Below, one piece after another: positions 30,001 through 37,305 of a stretch of DNA of 64,000 bases (position 1 is its first letter; every line of letters starts with the position of its first letter). Under the pieces are notes generated by a model. That model had not been told where the DNA came from. It saw nothing but the letters and a program-made list of their open reading frames with translations, and searched no databases. Source of the DNA: Bradymonadia bacterium (GTDB taxonomy: Bacteria; Myxococcota_A; Bradymonadia; UBA7976; UBA1532); assembly GCA_046290225.1 (NCBI GenBank), contig JBKAGE010000034.1, forward strand, positions 549,455 through 613,454, read 5' to 3'. Position numbers and translations under genes: made by a program.

Positions 30001-31031
30001 TGCCCTTCCTGTAAGGGCGTCCCTGCAAGAGTGGGCAGCAACGTGGCCAGGGCACCGAGGCCGAGGCCGTTGTCGTAGGTGCCCCAGGTGTAGGTCACCA
30101 GGGCCCCCATGCCGTTGTCGGTGCCGGGGATCGGTTCACAGAGCTTCTCGGTGCCGTCCTCGTTCCAACCACAGGTGTTGGCCTCGTCGACGTTGCGGAT
30201 GTCTGCCCGATCCGAGCGGCCGTGTATGCCGTTGTTCACGCCGGTGACGAAGTTCACCCAGCGGATCATGGTCTCGGCGTAGGGATCGCTGAGCCAGCGC
30301 TCATCGTTGGCGGCATACCAGTCGGGGCTGATGGTGTGGCCATGCTCTTCGAGGGTGCCCGGCGGATAGGCGGGCTGACGACCGTTGGCGCTCATGGCCC
30401 ACATGGCCGCAAAGGCCCCTGCCGCCTGGTAGCGCCAACCGCCGTAGGTCCGGTTGTTCCGGCCCCAGATGATCGAGCCGGTGCCACCGAAGACGGTGTT
30501 GTCTCGGTGCAGCCACCACAAACCCTCGTGGATCGCGATGGTGCTCATCACCTCGAGCTGATCTTTGGTCCACTTGTTGGGATCAGACGACGGCGCCCAG
30601 TTGTAGACGTAGATGCGGTAAGTGCCATAGACCTCGTCACTGGCGTTGCACTTACTGCGGGCCCTCACGTTGAGGGTCATCGTCGTCGACCGGGAGACGG
30701 CGGGCACCTCGAAGGTCCGGCCGATGTCGTACACCGTGGCCGTGCCTGCGGTGGGCAGGACCTGTCGGCTCGTGTCGTTGTCGAAGTTGCCGTCTCGATC
30801 TGCGTCCCAGACCACGTCATAGCCGGAGCTACAGGTGGCACCGCGCAAGATCGCCTTCAGCGAAATGCGGGCGTACTCGTGTACCGGATAGGGCAGATCC
30901 AGGTTGCCGGGGGCAAAGGGCACCGGCACCACTTCGAGCTCAGCCTGATTGAAGGCCGCCGCTGGCCCAGAAAACAACGCGCCCAGCATCGTGAGCAGCG
31001 CTACATATCTCCACGCGCATCTCAAACCCAT
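21066..31031 (-). CDS. Giant secreted PKD-repeat protein (paralog 2, 3321 aa)
   Basis: SD GAGGTG; signal peptide; collinear with paralog 1 plus an internal ~92-aa repeat expansion. Confidence 0.9.
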   Translation of the reverse strand: MGLRCAWRYVALLTMLGALFSGPAAAFNQAELEVVPVPFAPGNLDLPYPVHEYARISLKAILRGATCSSGYDVVWDADRDGNFDNDTSRQVLPTAGTATVYDIGRTFEVPAVSRSTTMTLNVRARSKCNASDEVYGTYRIYVYNWAPSSDPNKWTKDQLEVMSTIAIHEGLWWLHRDNTVFGGTGSIIWGRNNRTYGGWRYQAAGAFAAMWAMSANGRQPAYPPGTLEEHGHTISPDWYAANDERWLSDPYAETMIRWVNFVTGVNNGIHGRSDRADIRNVDEANTCGWNEDGTEKLCEPIPGTDNGMGALVTYTWGTYDNGLGLGALATLLPTLAGTPLQEGHYNADITMKGRLWEAFIQEAVDWLGYMQIDRGCAMGGWLYGDRGNNADGPCSHMDASTAQWAYIGLESADVAGKPYGVIVNNRHKYRIIENLFQNKNPFGASMYRSSYRGWTSRHDFHLTGGAFVAARWAGLHNMEPNDERPFAPYTNRTQREMVDMYNQIVQYTATYWNTPNMRGVHWAAGLWQTGEHLCGTPQGVYNAPNCGHTYAMYSHQKGYRTGTPELLDVGGHDWVREFSTYFVRAQSMHLNNYTDFGRFVDRHMYGHSVGARVGPNLNSGWAILTLTPSIFKPKPVPLAEVRPNEVIEGCAGGNNGLVQFDHGASFHPNSQAEIARFQWDVDDSDGLWWETGAPVDFESNNKSVVFTHRYMRPGIFKATLRVVDNDISEPLTESTTVSVQVNSAPPSAPGALAGGPYWVENNGEVTLSGASATDANLSCGDTLTYAWDLDDDGEFDDADVLNPLVSHALYEEVMDWEESVTIRLKVTDSTGRSTIAISSMTKYRKHPIARAVINPNPAACRETIRLDASDSYHQNPNRRVVSYAWDMAGDDAFEIVTEQPESAYSYTAFGTYPGRLKITDNVGGSRIRSFEVVVSEGNQRPTAITSQPVYHVTDGDDLALDGRASFDPNGNCGDSIVEYAWDVNGNGNFNDPVDARGATTVIPWAVLSTMNWPADRNTGLPVNPISLRVTDSLGLTHTTHSGVSIYQTRPVAVVFQSPTVAAMAADNGVSNFTLDGRASHSPIPGVDIVRYDWDLNDDGTFEIQNQPVHEAQLVFWPLPDVAPQPYIRLRVTDAAGRTNITRQMLLVALPGETPPTAVANPDEAVGGDNVGGRDNGEDDPSGYHAVGGGDPTVTLDADAPLDEAGKPRVYRWDLDGDGEWDIEQIDEDGDGAEAELSLTPEQRAQYGLDQPGAHEITVQVETDRGHITETTYHHIIDDAEDGVQVDIDQIIERDAEDPPAVYRWDLDGDGVFDIEQADENGDGAESVLNLTPEQAAQYGLDQDGTHEIIVEVETVSGETTRATVVHSAPEEDGGVSVDVTEVATPDNDAPATVYRWDLDGDGEFDVEQVDENGDGVESELKLTPEQTAEYGLDQPGAHEITVERENGRGQTETTTYTHVVDAPDSSLSLDAETVVEIDPENPPTVYRWDLDGDGEFDVEQVDEDGDGAEATLVLTLDQQAQYGLDQNGAHQISVQTETADGQQRTVTYVQWVGDPEEGMNLDADDVVDRNPADPPVLYRWDLDGDGTFDVEQADPELEITDEMAREYGLDHTGEQEITIEVVTASGNRTTGKVVVSVDAPENGVVIDTPSVVDPEDAGPLTIYRWDLDGDGEWDIVRVDEDGDGAEAILALTPEQAERYGLDTEGSHTITVQVENADGQQTNSSFTQHVDDGDDGMQIDSRDVIDHNPAPSTRYRWDLDGDGDYDVEQRDDNGDGAEATLVLTPEQVVEFGLDKPGSHEVGLQIVYPNGSTGTGTVLYHVESEGESVELDTGDIVPPDAEDPPAFYRWDLDADGVWDIERADENGDGAEGELTLTPDIKALYGLDRKGSHSIIVEVETASGARTQRTIVHHEEGIEEIELDASESFDPDAEDRIRYYRWDLNGDGEWDIVAEDADGDGAEAVLKIPAALAEQLGLDKPGDYEFTLEVESESGQTAQSTTTLTVYPRDPTVSVTANPSPAACNGQVVLDASEAEHAHPDVDVVSWRWDLDGDGVYDDGVGEVLTTRFGQFTFGGPLTVGVEVEDSAGHRARATTTVVVSEGNRAPVPEAGQYVVPYGGSVALDGSASADPDASCGDSILRYQWDLDGDGSSDVQGAQFNVSAAQLAGFGMGAPGEYEVTLEVVDRFGRTATDRARIWLVGTPTAQAQASKASASCNEQVSFTGANSTHDGPEGDGRFAIEEYRWDMDGDGIFERSGETVLDAVVAEDSVTATLMVIDALGRTDTDTVTVAVNVANVRPVADAGGPYITAQVDGTFAGVDLDARGSLEPNAPCDHIQTYAWDTDNDGLYGADDVDGAGALVGSDYVGAQVQGYINPGWRTGTTQVVRLKALDVFGLWSEPAEAEIRVRSKLPPLGEILWPRGGDCVPEDADPFQVSVRQPDGGEVTLTAKVGGVEVGSTVVNLPADGSAVSADIDVDTTLAPEGMAAVTVVLLDDEGQESVVNSGGQVAFDRTGPVIAINAALTEGACYAEGQVPGLELQVSDALDPAPAVEQGVSAEACIRTLDIAATDACGNRSTLQRSWLMAEQAEPEIVGPANGDVVSSATYTWSLDVPAQCVASESATMNLDGATAFPYVEGARVQAAGLYRFDLLLSDCRGVPYGRQRTFRINAPPVAMTGGSYQGSEGRVIVLNGGQSQSPEAEDFIALYEWDMDRDGEYEFAGETINFVASDAGRITGRLRVTDSFGASDTAAVVVDVIEVDPIVDAGGPYKVPQGHVVEFDARGSRPGSPTDLLTRFDWDFGDGTTLSGNTLTQPRHTYAQNGVYNVRLTVHDEDTSTSVIVPVIVLDALPQLSDIEAPEDPYEITALTFSITANAGGVDDPIESYTWDFGDGSEPVTGAELSSVQHAWRDAGTYTVTVTVSDGDSVGIQSVEVQVREATMAELLTEVDARLEANDDGPLVAQALEAIEPWMDMAMWGEANGKGGNTMLAVKQIVSILVNAMALGAELDDTLYLIMRQAERKVLAERARLVGDDADQFPADHPSVAQADVYLGLTEDMMKGDNIEATLSNPLQAFMANDISLSLNEAWFYLADAAHPCKATKYNNFEIPFVRDLIERASAAQAINEDLNEAVALLALELQQYAELGLDAPGRAEVLNALQDLRAIQAQLATPVGLECEDNNCISDRDALELLVQLMNLSTELTAAANEGAYVRNWQACLVEGVKFRTALSEMRLEYVCGPFSPVTLRARVTRANGLRLVDEESDVVAALDYFQARSTRCLAVWAYNSCLVPAFPNLNASYPNPEYCEDDGTAAQAGGDGQAPGD
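25030..27470 (-). repeat. Nine ~92-aa (~275 bp) acidic PKD-variant repeats within paralog 2
   Basis: YRWDLDGDGx(W/F)DxEQxDExGDGAExxLxLTPEQxxxYGLDxxGxHEIxV counted 9 times in the translation; boundaries approximate. Confidence 0.88.
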
Positions 31032-31035
31032 CGTT

Positions 31036-31092
31036 CACCTCATGTCACACACGCCTACGCAACGTTCCGAAGAACGGCGTGTGACATAGGTG
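31036..31092 (-). promoter_or_regulatory. Leader hairpin overlapping the Shine-Dalgarno of paralog 2
   Basis: CACCT-C-ATGTCAC..ACGCC pairs with GGCGT-GTGACAT-AGGTG; on the minus-strand mRNA the AGGTG of the SD is base-paired. Confidence 0.55.
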
Positions 31093-31329
31093 GTTGAACC
31101 GTGGGTCTCGAAAGATGACTCAGATGACCCATCCCCGGTCAGGTCAGGGTGGAAAACGACCCACTGGGGCCATTGAGCGTCATGAAAGCGCAACCCACGG
31201 GGCCCTCGGGCATCCAACACGGGTCACGGATGCAGCGGACATCTTCTGGGTGGACCCGCTGCAGATCGCAGTGTAGAACACCAGCGCCTGAACGGATTCA
31301 GGCCATCAATCACGTGGAGAGCACTCATC

Positions 31330-31923
31330 ATGAGCATCCAGGTTCAGCAGCAAGCCCCCGACTTCACCGCCACTGCCGTCGTCGACGGCGAGTTCGCCGA
31401 CGTCACCCTCAGCAAGTATGCCGAGCAGGGCAAGTGGGTGGTCTTGTTCTTCTACCCCCTGGACTTCACCTTCGTGTGCCCCACTGAGATCCTGGCCTTC
31501 AGTGGCGCCGCCGAGAAGTTCAAGGCCGCCAACGCCGAGGTCCTCGGTGTGTCGGTGGACAGCCAGTTCACTCACCTCGCCTGGATCAACACCCCCCGCA
31601 GCGAGGGTGGCCTCGGTGAGCTGAACATCCCCCTCGTCTCCGACCTCAACAAGACCATCGCCCGTGACTACGGCGTGCTCCTCGAGGGCGGCGTGGCGCT
31701 CCGCGGTCTGTTCCTCATCGATCCCAAGGGCCAGCTCCGCTACCAGGTGGTGCACGATCTCGGCGTGGGCCGCTCCGTGGACGAGACCCTCCGCGTGCTC
31801 AAGGCCTTCCAGCACGTCGACGAGACCGGCAACGTCTGCCCCGCCAACTGGGACGAGGGCGCCGACGACATGAAGCCCGATCCCAACGGCTCGAAAGAGT
31901 ACTTCGAGAAGACCCACGGCTGA
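31330..31923 (+). CDS. ahpC: 2-Cys peroxiredoxin (AhpC/Prx1)
   Basis: [13 protein letters not shown] and VCPANW. Confidence 0.96.
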   Translation: MSIQVQQQAPDFTATAVVDGEFADVTLSKYAEQGKWVVLFFYPLDFTFVCPTEILAFSGAAEKFKAANAEVLGVSVDSQFTHLAWINTPRSEGGLGELNIPLVSDLNKTIARDYGVLLEGGVALRGLFLIDPKGQLRYQVVHDLGVGRSVDETLRVLKAFQHVDETGNVCPANWDEGADDMKPDPNGSKEYFEKTHG

Positions 31924-31999
31924 TCGAAGGCACACCTCGCGCCCAGCCTCTGCCGCCGGGCGTTCCCCTTCCCCCTCCTTCGCTGGATCGCCCCCTCTC

Positions 32000-32368
32000 A
32001 TGGCTGCCCAAGACACTCTCCTGATCGAAGGCATCGAGTTCATCGGCCACCACGGGTACTACCCCCGTGAGCGGCGTGACGGGTGCCGTTTTCGCGTCGA
32101 TCTGCAGGTCCACTTCGATGCTCGACCTGCAGCGCGCTCCGATGTGCTCGAAGACACCGTGAGCTACGACGATCTCGCATCGCTCATCGTCAGCATCGGT
32201 GAAGGTGAGACGGTGATCCTGGTGGAGCGCCTCGCAGAAGACATGTGCGCGGCGCTCCTTGAGCGGTTTCCTGTCTCCGAGGTGGATCTCACCTTGCGCA
32301 AGCTGAGCCCGCGGGTGCCCGGCAATCCCACCGCTGTGGGGCTGCGCATCCGAAGGTCGAAGGCATGA
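32000..32368 (+). CDS. folB: Dihydroneopterin aldolase
   Basis: GHHG...ER...FRVDL, SDVLEDTVSY, LVERLAE, LRK; 122 aa. Confidence 0.9.
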   Translation: MAAQDTLLIEGIEFIGHHGYYPRERRDGCRFRVDLQVHFDARPAARSDVLEDTVSYDDLASLIVSIGEGETVILVERLAEDMCAALLERFPVSEVDLTLRKLSPRVPGNPTAVGLRIRRSKA

Positions 32369-32721
32369 GCGAGGCCGAGCCGCTCTGGCACGCCGTGGGG
32401 CCCGTGGAGCAGTTCACCCCCGAGGGCATCACTGCGGTGCAGCTCGACGGTGAGCCGGTGGCCGTCTACCGCACAGGCGGTCGCTTTTACGCCTCGCCCG
32501 ACAACTGCCCCCACCGCAACGCCCCCCTCACTCGACTCGGCCGCATCGAAGAGGGCCAGGTGGTGTGTACGTGGCACGGTTGGCGATTCAACCTCTCTGA
32601 CGGCAACCACCCGTTGATCCCCGGGGCCTGCATCAAAATGCTGCCCACTCAGGTGATCGAAGGCGAGCTCCAGATCGATCTCAGGCCCCTGAGACCCCAA
32701 CACGATCCCTGGGGTTTCTGA
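32365..32721 (+). CDS. Rieske [2Fe-2S] ferredoxin
   Basis: CPH...CTWHGWRFNL; start overlaps folB stop. Confidence 0.9.
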   Translation: MSEAEPLWHAVGPVEQFTPEGITAVQLDGEPVAVYRTGGRFYASPDNCPHRNAPLTRLGRIEEGQVVCTWHGWRFNLSDGNHPLIPGACIKMLPTQVIEGELQIDLRPLRPQHDPWGF

Positions 32722-32829
32722 GGGCGCCCCTCAGCTCGACCCAGAGCAGAATTGAACCGCCCCACCGGAGCGGGGTATACCGAGCCTTCGGACTCTATTT
32801 TCGGCAATCAAGCGAGGGACAGGCCGCTG

Positions 32830-35800
32830 ATGATGCGTGCACGCTGGCTGATGATGGCGGCTCTTCTGGGCACCTGGGGCTGTGACGACGACTCGGGTGG
32901 GCGCACACCACCGGACGCAGAGGTGCCTGACGCCTCAGCGCCTGACATGGCGGTCGTCACCCCTGACGCGGAGATCCCCGACGCAGATCTGCCTGATGTG
33001 GAGATCCCCGACGCAGATCTGCCCGATGTGGAGATCCCCGACGCCGAGATCCCCGACATGATGCCCGACGCGGAGATCATCCTTGCCGTCTGCGAAAATG
33101 GTGAGGACGACGACGGCGATGGGTTGACCGACTACCCCCTCGATCCAGGCTGTGAAGGTCCGGATGACGAGGACGAGGTCGACCCGGAAGCCCCTGCCTG
33201 CGGTGACGGCGCCGACAATGACGACGACGAGCTGATCGATCTCGACGATCCCGGCTGCGCCTCCCCTGCTGATCCGAGCGAGAACGATCAGTGTGGGCCA
33301 GACCAGAACTTCGTCGACGTCAGTGCCCTCAGGCAGGTTCAGGGCACCACCTCGGGTGGCAACGCGGTGTTCCAGGCCTCGTGCCGGCTCAACAACGCCC
33401 CCGAGTCGGTGTTCCTGTTCACGGTGCGCGAGCCCATCGAGGCCCTGCGCCTCGACACCGTGGGCAGCGCCTTCGACACGATCCTGTCGGTCCGCAGCCG
33501 CTGCGCGGATCAAGACTCTGAGGTGGCCTGCAACGACGATCGCGCCGAGTTCGAGCGCACGAGCGCACTGGTCCTCGAGCAACCTGCACTGGGCGACTAC
33601 TACATTTTCGTGGACGGCTTCCGCTCCACCTCGGGGCCCTTCACCCTCAACATCCGCGCCGAGCTCGGCGAAGAGTCGCCGTGCGACCCTGAGGACACAG
33701 GGCCTTATCAGTGTGCTCTGGGCTCGGTGTGTGACGCAGGGACCTGCCGGCCCGCTCAGTGCGACAACCTCGTCGACGACGACATGGACGGCCTCAACGA
33801 CTTCCCAGAAGATCCCGGCTGCGACACCCCCGACGACGACGACGAGACTGATCCGCCGCTGCCCCCTGAGTGCAGCGATGGCCAGGACAACAACTTCAAC
33901 GGCCTCGTGGACTACCCCGAGGATCCCACGTGCGAGTCCGCGGCCGACAATCAGGAGCGCAACCCGCCCCAGTGCCGTGACGGCCGTGACAACGACAATG
34001 ACGGCCTCGTCGATCTCGATGACCCCGGCTGCCTCGGGGATCCTGATCGCAACGGCGAGTTCAACACTCCGGCCTGCCGCGACGGCCGCGACAACGACGA
34101 AGATGGCCTCATCGACTACCCCTCGGAGCCAGGTTGCACCGACAGGGCTGATCCGGACGAGCGCGATCCCGAGGTGCCTCCTCAGTGTTCCAATGGCATC
34201 GACGAAGATGGCGATGGCGCCACGGACTTCCCCGAAGACGTCGACAGCTGCACTTCTGCCGCCGACGATCTCGAAGACGCCCCGTGTGATCGCCTGGAGA
34301 TCCCCAACATCGCCGGCATGCGAGAGTACCGCGGCAACACCGAGGGGGATCCGAACGACTTCCGGGCCTCGTGCAACCCTCAGACAGGGGCCGACAACAT
34401 CGTCCGCTGGGTGGTGGCCCCCGATCGGCCCCTCGCTGGCCTGCGCCTCATCACCCTGGGCAGCCGCTTCAACACCGTGCTCAGCGTCCGAGACAGCTGC
34501 GAGGCTGATCCCGACGCCGACCTTGCCTGTGACGACAACAGCGGCGCCTCCCTCACCTCGGTGGTGGAGTTGGGGCCTCAAGCAGCAGGCACCGAGCTCT
34601 TCATCGTCATCGACGGCGGCAGCAGTGACGCCGCCGGGGTGTACCGCCTGCGCTCTACGGCCCTGCTCGCCGAGGGCGCCAACTGCGAAGCTCGCCTCGA
34701 CGATGCCTGGCAGTGCGCTGATGGCTTCGCCTGCACCGAGCAGGACGACGGCAGCCGCATCTGCGCCCGGGCCCCGTGCAGCGACGGACTCGACAACGAC
34801 GAGGACGGCCTCACCGACTTCCCGAACGATCCAGGCTGCATGAGCGGTTCGGACGACGACGAGGCCGATCCCCCCTTCCCGCCTCAGTGCGCCAACGGCC
34901 TCGACGACGATCTCGACGGCCTCACCGACTTCGGCGAGGACCCCCGCTGTGAGTCTGCTGCCGATGACTTCGAAGGCCCTGACTGCTCCGACGGCCTCGA
35001 CAACGACGGCGATGGCACCCCTGACTACGATCGGGATGGTGACGGCTTCAGAGACATCAATGCTGATCCACAGTGTGCCTGCGCCGAAGGCGAGCTCGAG
35101 ATCGACACGCCGCAATGCAATGACGGCTGCGACAACGATCGTGATGGCCTGATCGACCTGGAAGATCCGGGCTGTGACGACGCCGAGGACGATGTGGAGT
35201 TCAATGTGGCCGAGTGTCGCGATCTCGCCGACAACGACCAGGACGGCTTCATCGACTTCCCCGATGATCCTGGCTGCACCGACGCCAACGATCAGTTCGA
35301 AGCCAGCCCGGATCCGCTCCCTGAGTGTGCCGACGGCGTGGACAACGACGAAGACGGACGCATCGACTTCGATCGCGACAATACCGGCCTCGGCGATGAT
35401 GGCTGCAACGCTGCATCTGACGACACCGAGCTGGGCGTGTGTGACGGGGAGATCCCCGAGATCCCGGCAGAGGGCGTGCTCCGCGACACCACCGTAGGCG
35501 CCGGCGACGACTCGGACGGCACCTGCCGCCCGGGCACCGCCCCCGACGTCGTCCTCCTGGTGCCAGCGCCCTACCCTGGCACCTTCAGCGCCAACACCTT
35601 CGGCAGCAGCTTCGACACTGCCCTGTATGCCCGCACCACCTGCAGCGCCACGACGCTCTGTCCCATCGACGAGCCTGAGCCTGAGGCTGACGCCGGCTTG
35701 CCTGATGCCGACGTGCCTGATGCCGATGTCCCTGACTTCGACGTCCCCGACGCAGACATTGACGACGCTGGTGTGCCCGATGCCGAGATCCCTGATGTGG

Positions 35801-36108
35801 AGATCCCTGATGCGGAGCTCCCCGATGCCGACATGCCCTGCGTGCCCGAGTCCACCGAGATCGCCTGCAACGATGACGATGGGGTGCTTCAGAGCCGCGT
35901 CACCTTCGACTGGCCTGGCGGTGACATCTATGTCTTCGTCGACGGTTTCGGCGCCAACCAGGGGGCCTTCACCCTCAACGTGAGCATCACCTACCCGCTC
36001 GGTGGCCAGTGTGGTCCTGACGGCCCGGAGTATGGTGCTTGTACTGACGGTACCGAGTGTCGCCAGAACGAAGGCGAAGCGTTCCCCACCTGCCAGCCAG
36101 CCCCCTGA
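32830..36108 (+). CDS. Large Cys/Asp-rich lipoprotein with CxDGxDNDxDGxxDxPxDPGC repeats and three PPC-like modules
   Basis: Lipobox-like TWGC; >10 acidic Cys repeats; F(D/N)TxL..R..C...AC(N/D)D modules; PDAEI pentapeptide tracts. Confidence 0.85.
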   Translation: MMRARWLMMAALLGTWGCDDDSGGRTPPDAEVPDASAPDMAVVTPDAEIPDADLPDVEIPDADLPDVEIPDAEIPDMMPDAEIILAVCENGEDDDGDGLTDYPLDPGCEGPDDEDEVDPEAPACGDGADNDDDELIDLDDPGCASPADPSENDQCGPDQNFVDVSALRQVQGTTSGGNAVFQASCRLNNAPESVFLFTVREPIEALRLDTVGSAFDTILSVRSRCADQDSEVACNDDRAEFERTSALVLEQPALGDYYIFVDGFRSTSGPFTLNIRAELGEESPCDPEDTGPYQCALGSVCDAGTCRPAQCDNLVDDDMDGLNDFPEDPGCDTPDDDDETDPPLPPECSDGQDNNFNGLVDYPEDPTCESAADNQERNPPQCRDGRDNDNDGLVDLDDPGCLGDPDRNGEFNTPACRDGRDNDEDGLIDYPSEPGCTDRADPDERDPEVPPQCSNGIDEDGDGATDFPEDVDSCTSAADDLEDAPCDRLEIPNIAGMREYRGNTEGDPNDFRASCNPQTGADNIVRWVVAPDRPLAGLRLITLGSRFNTVLSVRDSCEADPDADLACDDNSGASLTSVVELGPQAAGTELFIVIDGGSSDAAGVYRLRSTALLAEGANCEARLDDAWQCADGFACTEQDDGSRICARAPCSDGLDNDEDGLTDFPNDPGCMSGSDDDEADPPFPPQCANGLDDDLDGLTDFGEDPRCESAADDFEGPDCSDGLDNDGDGTPDYDRDGDGFRDINADPQCACAEGELEIDTPQCNDGCDNDRDGLIDLEDPGCDDAEDDVEFNVAECRDLADNDQDGFIDFPDDPGCTDANDQFEASPDPLPECADGVDNDEDGRIDFDRDNTGLGDDGCNAASDDTELGVCDGEIPEIPAEGVLRDTTVGAGDDSDGTCRPGTAPDVVLLVPAPYPGTFSANTFGSSFDTALYARTTCSATTLCPIDEPEPEADAGLPDADVPDADVPDFDVPDADIDDAGVPDAEIPDVEIPDAELPDADMPCVPESTEIACNDDDGVLQSRVTFDWPGGDIYVFVDGFGANQGAFTLNVSITYPLGGQCGPDGPEYGACTDGTECRQNEGEAFPTCQPAP

Positions 36109-36740
36109 TGACCCGCACAGAAGAATACACAGACAAGTACATCGCCATCGCCGGCAACATCGGCGCGGGCAAGACCACCCTCGTGGAGTTCTTGAAGTAC
36201 AGGTTCGGGCTCACCCCGTTCTACGAGCCCAACGCCGACAACCCCTTCCTGACCCCATTCTACGGGGACATGAAGCGGTGGGCGTTCCACAGCCAGATGT
36301 ACTTCCTCACCCACAAGTTCAGGCTGCACCAGACCCTCGCTGGCGAGCCCGGGGTGGTGGTACAGGACCGCACCATCTACGAAGATGCCGAGATCTTCGC
36401 AGAAAACCTCTACCGCACCGGCAAGATGACTGCGGACGAGTACAGCACGTATCGCACGCTGTACGAGGGCATCATCGAGACGCTCCGGCCCCCGGATCTG
36501 ATGATCTACCTGCAGGCCAGCGTCCGCACCGTGCGCCATCGGATCCGCAAGCGCGGACGCCCCGAGGAGCAGGATCTCCCTCTGAGCTACATCCGGCGCC
36601 TGCACAATCTCTATGAAGAGTGGTTCACCCACTACGACCGCTCGCCTACCCTCGTAATTCAGGTCGACCGCCTCGACTATATCCAGGACATGGTCGACCG
36701 CATCGAGATCATCAACATCATCGAGAGCCACTTGGATTGA
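36108..36740 (+). CDS. Deoxynucleoside kinase
   Basis: GNIGAGKTT, FYEP, DRTIYED, PDLMIYL, RIRKRGR; TGATG coupling to the upstream gene. Confidence 0.93.
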   Translation: MTRTEEYTDKYIAIAGNIGAGKTTLVEFLKYRFGLTPFYEPNADNPFLTPFYGDMKRWAFHSQMYFLTHKFRLHQTLAGEPGVVVQDRTIYEDAEIFAENLYRTGKMTADEYSTYRTLYEGIIETLRPPDLMIYLQASVRTVRHRIRKRGRPEEQDLPLSYIRRLHNLYEEWFTHYDRSPTLVIQVDRLDYIQDMVDRIEIINIIESHLD

Positions 36741-36895
36741 GCGGACGGCCGTGCCTTTGGCACCGCCTGTAGCGGACGACCCAGCAAAAGCTTTCGCTTC
36801 GCTGCGTCTGTAGCGGACGCCTCGCCCTCGGCGAAAGCTGTAGCGGACGCCGAGTCTGCCTTCGGCAGCCTGAGCTGTAGCTTTTTTAGAGAGTT
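36740..36895 (+). repeat. Modular GTAG-type REP-like element, copy B
   Basis: CTGTAGCGGACG at 36767, 36808, 36838; terminal CTGTAGCTTTTTTAGAGAGTT. Confidence 0.9.
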
Positions 36896-37001
36896 ATGGT
36901 GTTGCTGGTGGGTCTCTCAACCCAGGTAGGGGCTTACGCCGGAACTGGTCCGTCAGGGGCCAACAGCGTCTGCGGTAGATGAATCCACACACGCCCCCCT
37001 C

Positions 37002-37146
37002 AACTCTCTTAAAAAGCTACAGCTCAGGCTGCCGAAGGCAGACTCAGCGTCCGCTACAGCTCTGCGAAGCAGGCGTCCGCTACAGGCTGTCGCCGTGAGG
37101 CGATGACCGTCCGCTACAGGCGGTGCCAAAGGCACGGCCGTCCGCT
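37002..37146 (-). repeat. Modular GTAG-type REP-like element, copy C (inverted relative to B)
   Basis: CGTCCGCTACAG at 37048, 37074, 37108; begins AACTCTCTTAAAAAGCTACAG. Confidence 0.9.
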
Positions 37147-37184
37147 TCAGGCACAAGCACGACCGTCCGCCCCCAACCCGAACA

Positions 37185-37305
37185 TTTACGTAAAGGTCAA
37201 CTTTAAGGTTGACGTTAACGTCAAGGTCAGGCTGAATACACGACATCTGTGACGGGTGTTTACCTGAGTGCGCCCCAAACCTTGACCTTTACGTAAGGGT
37301 TAATC
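37185..37305. promoter_or_regulatory. Probable MerR-family (LiuR-like) operator cluster
   Basis: Perfect palindrome TTGACGTTAACGTCAA (37209-37224); related TTTACGTAAAGGTCAA (37185-37200) and TTGACCTTTACGTAAG (37282-37297), directly upstream of a MerR gene. Confidence 0.7.

Noticed and set aside
15042..30014. Very long plus-strand ORFs (1645, 572, 647, 707 aa) opposite the giant genes
   Set aside because: Stop-poor antisense frames with V/D/H/R-biased composition; the minus frame carries signal peptides and recognisable domains.
13053..31031. True squalene-hopene cyclase, alpha-2-macroglobulin or RTX/CDI toxin call for the giants
   Set aside because: No DxDD, CxEQ, GGxGxD nonapeptide run, RHS core or adjacent immunity/transporter genes seen.
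12604..37146. CRISPR interpretation of the CTGTAGCGGACG repeat-spacer arrays
   Set aside because: Repeat is only 12 bp, spacers vary 12-30 nt, are themselves hairpins and recur between loci; no cas genes in the window.
36953..37246. 97-aa minus ORF with DLDVNVNLKVDLYVNV
   Set aside because: Translation of the operator hexamers and repeat copy C; no SD or coding signal.
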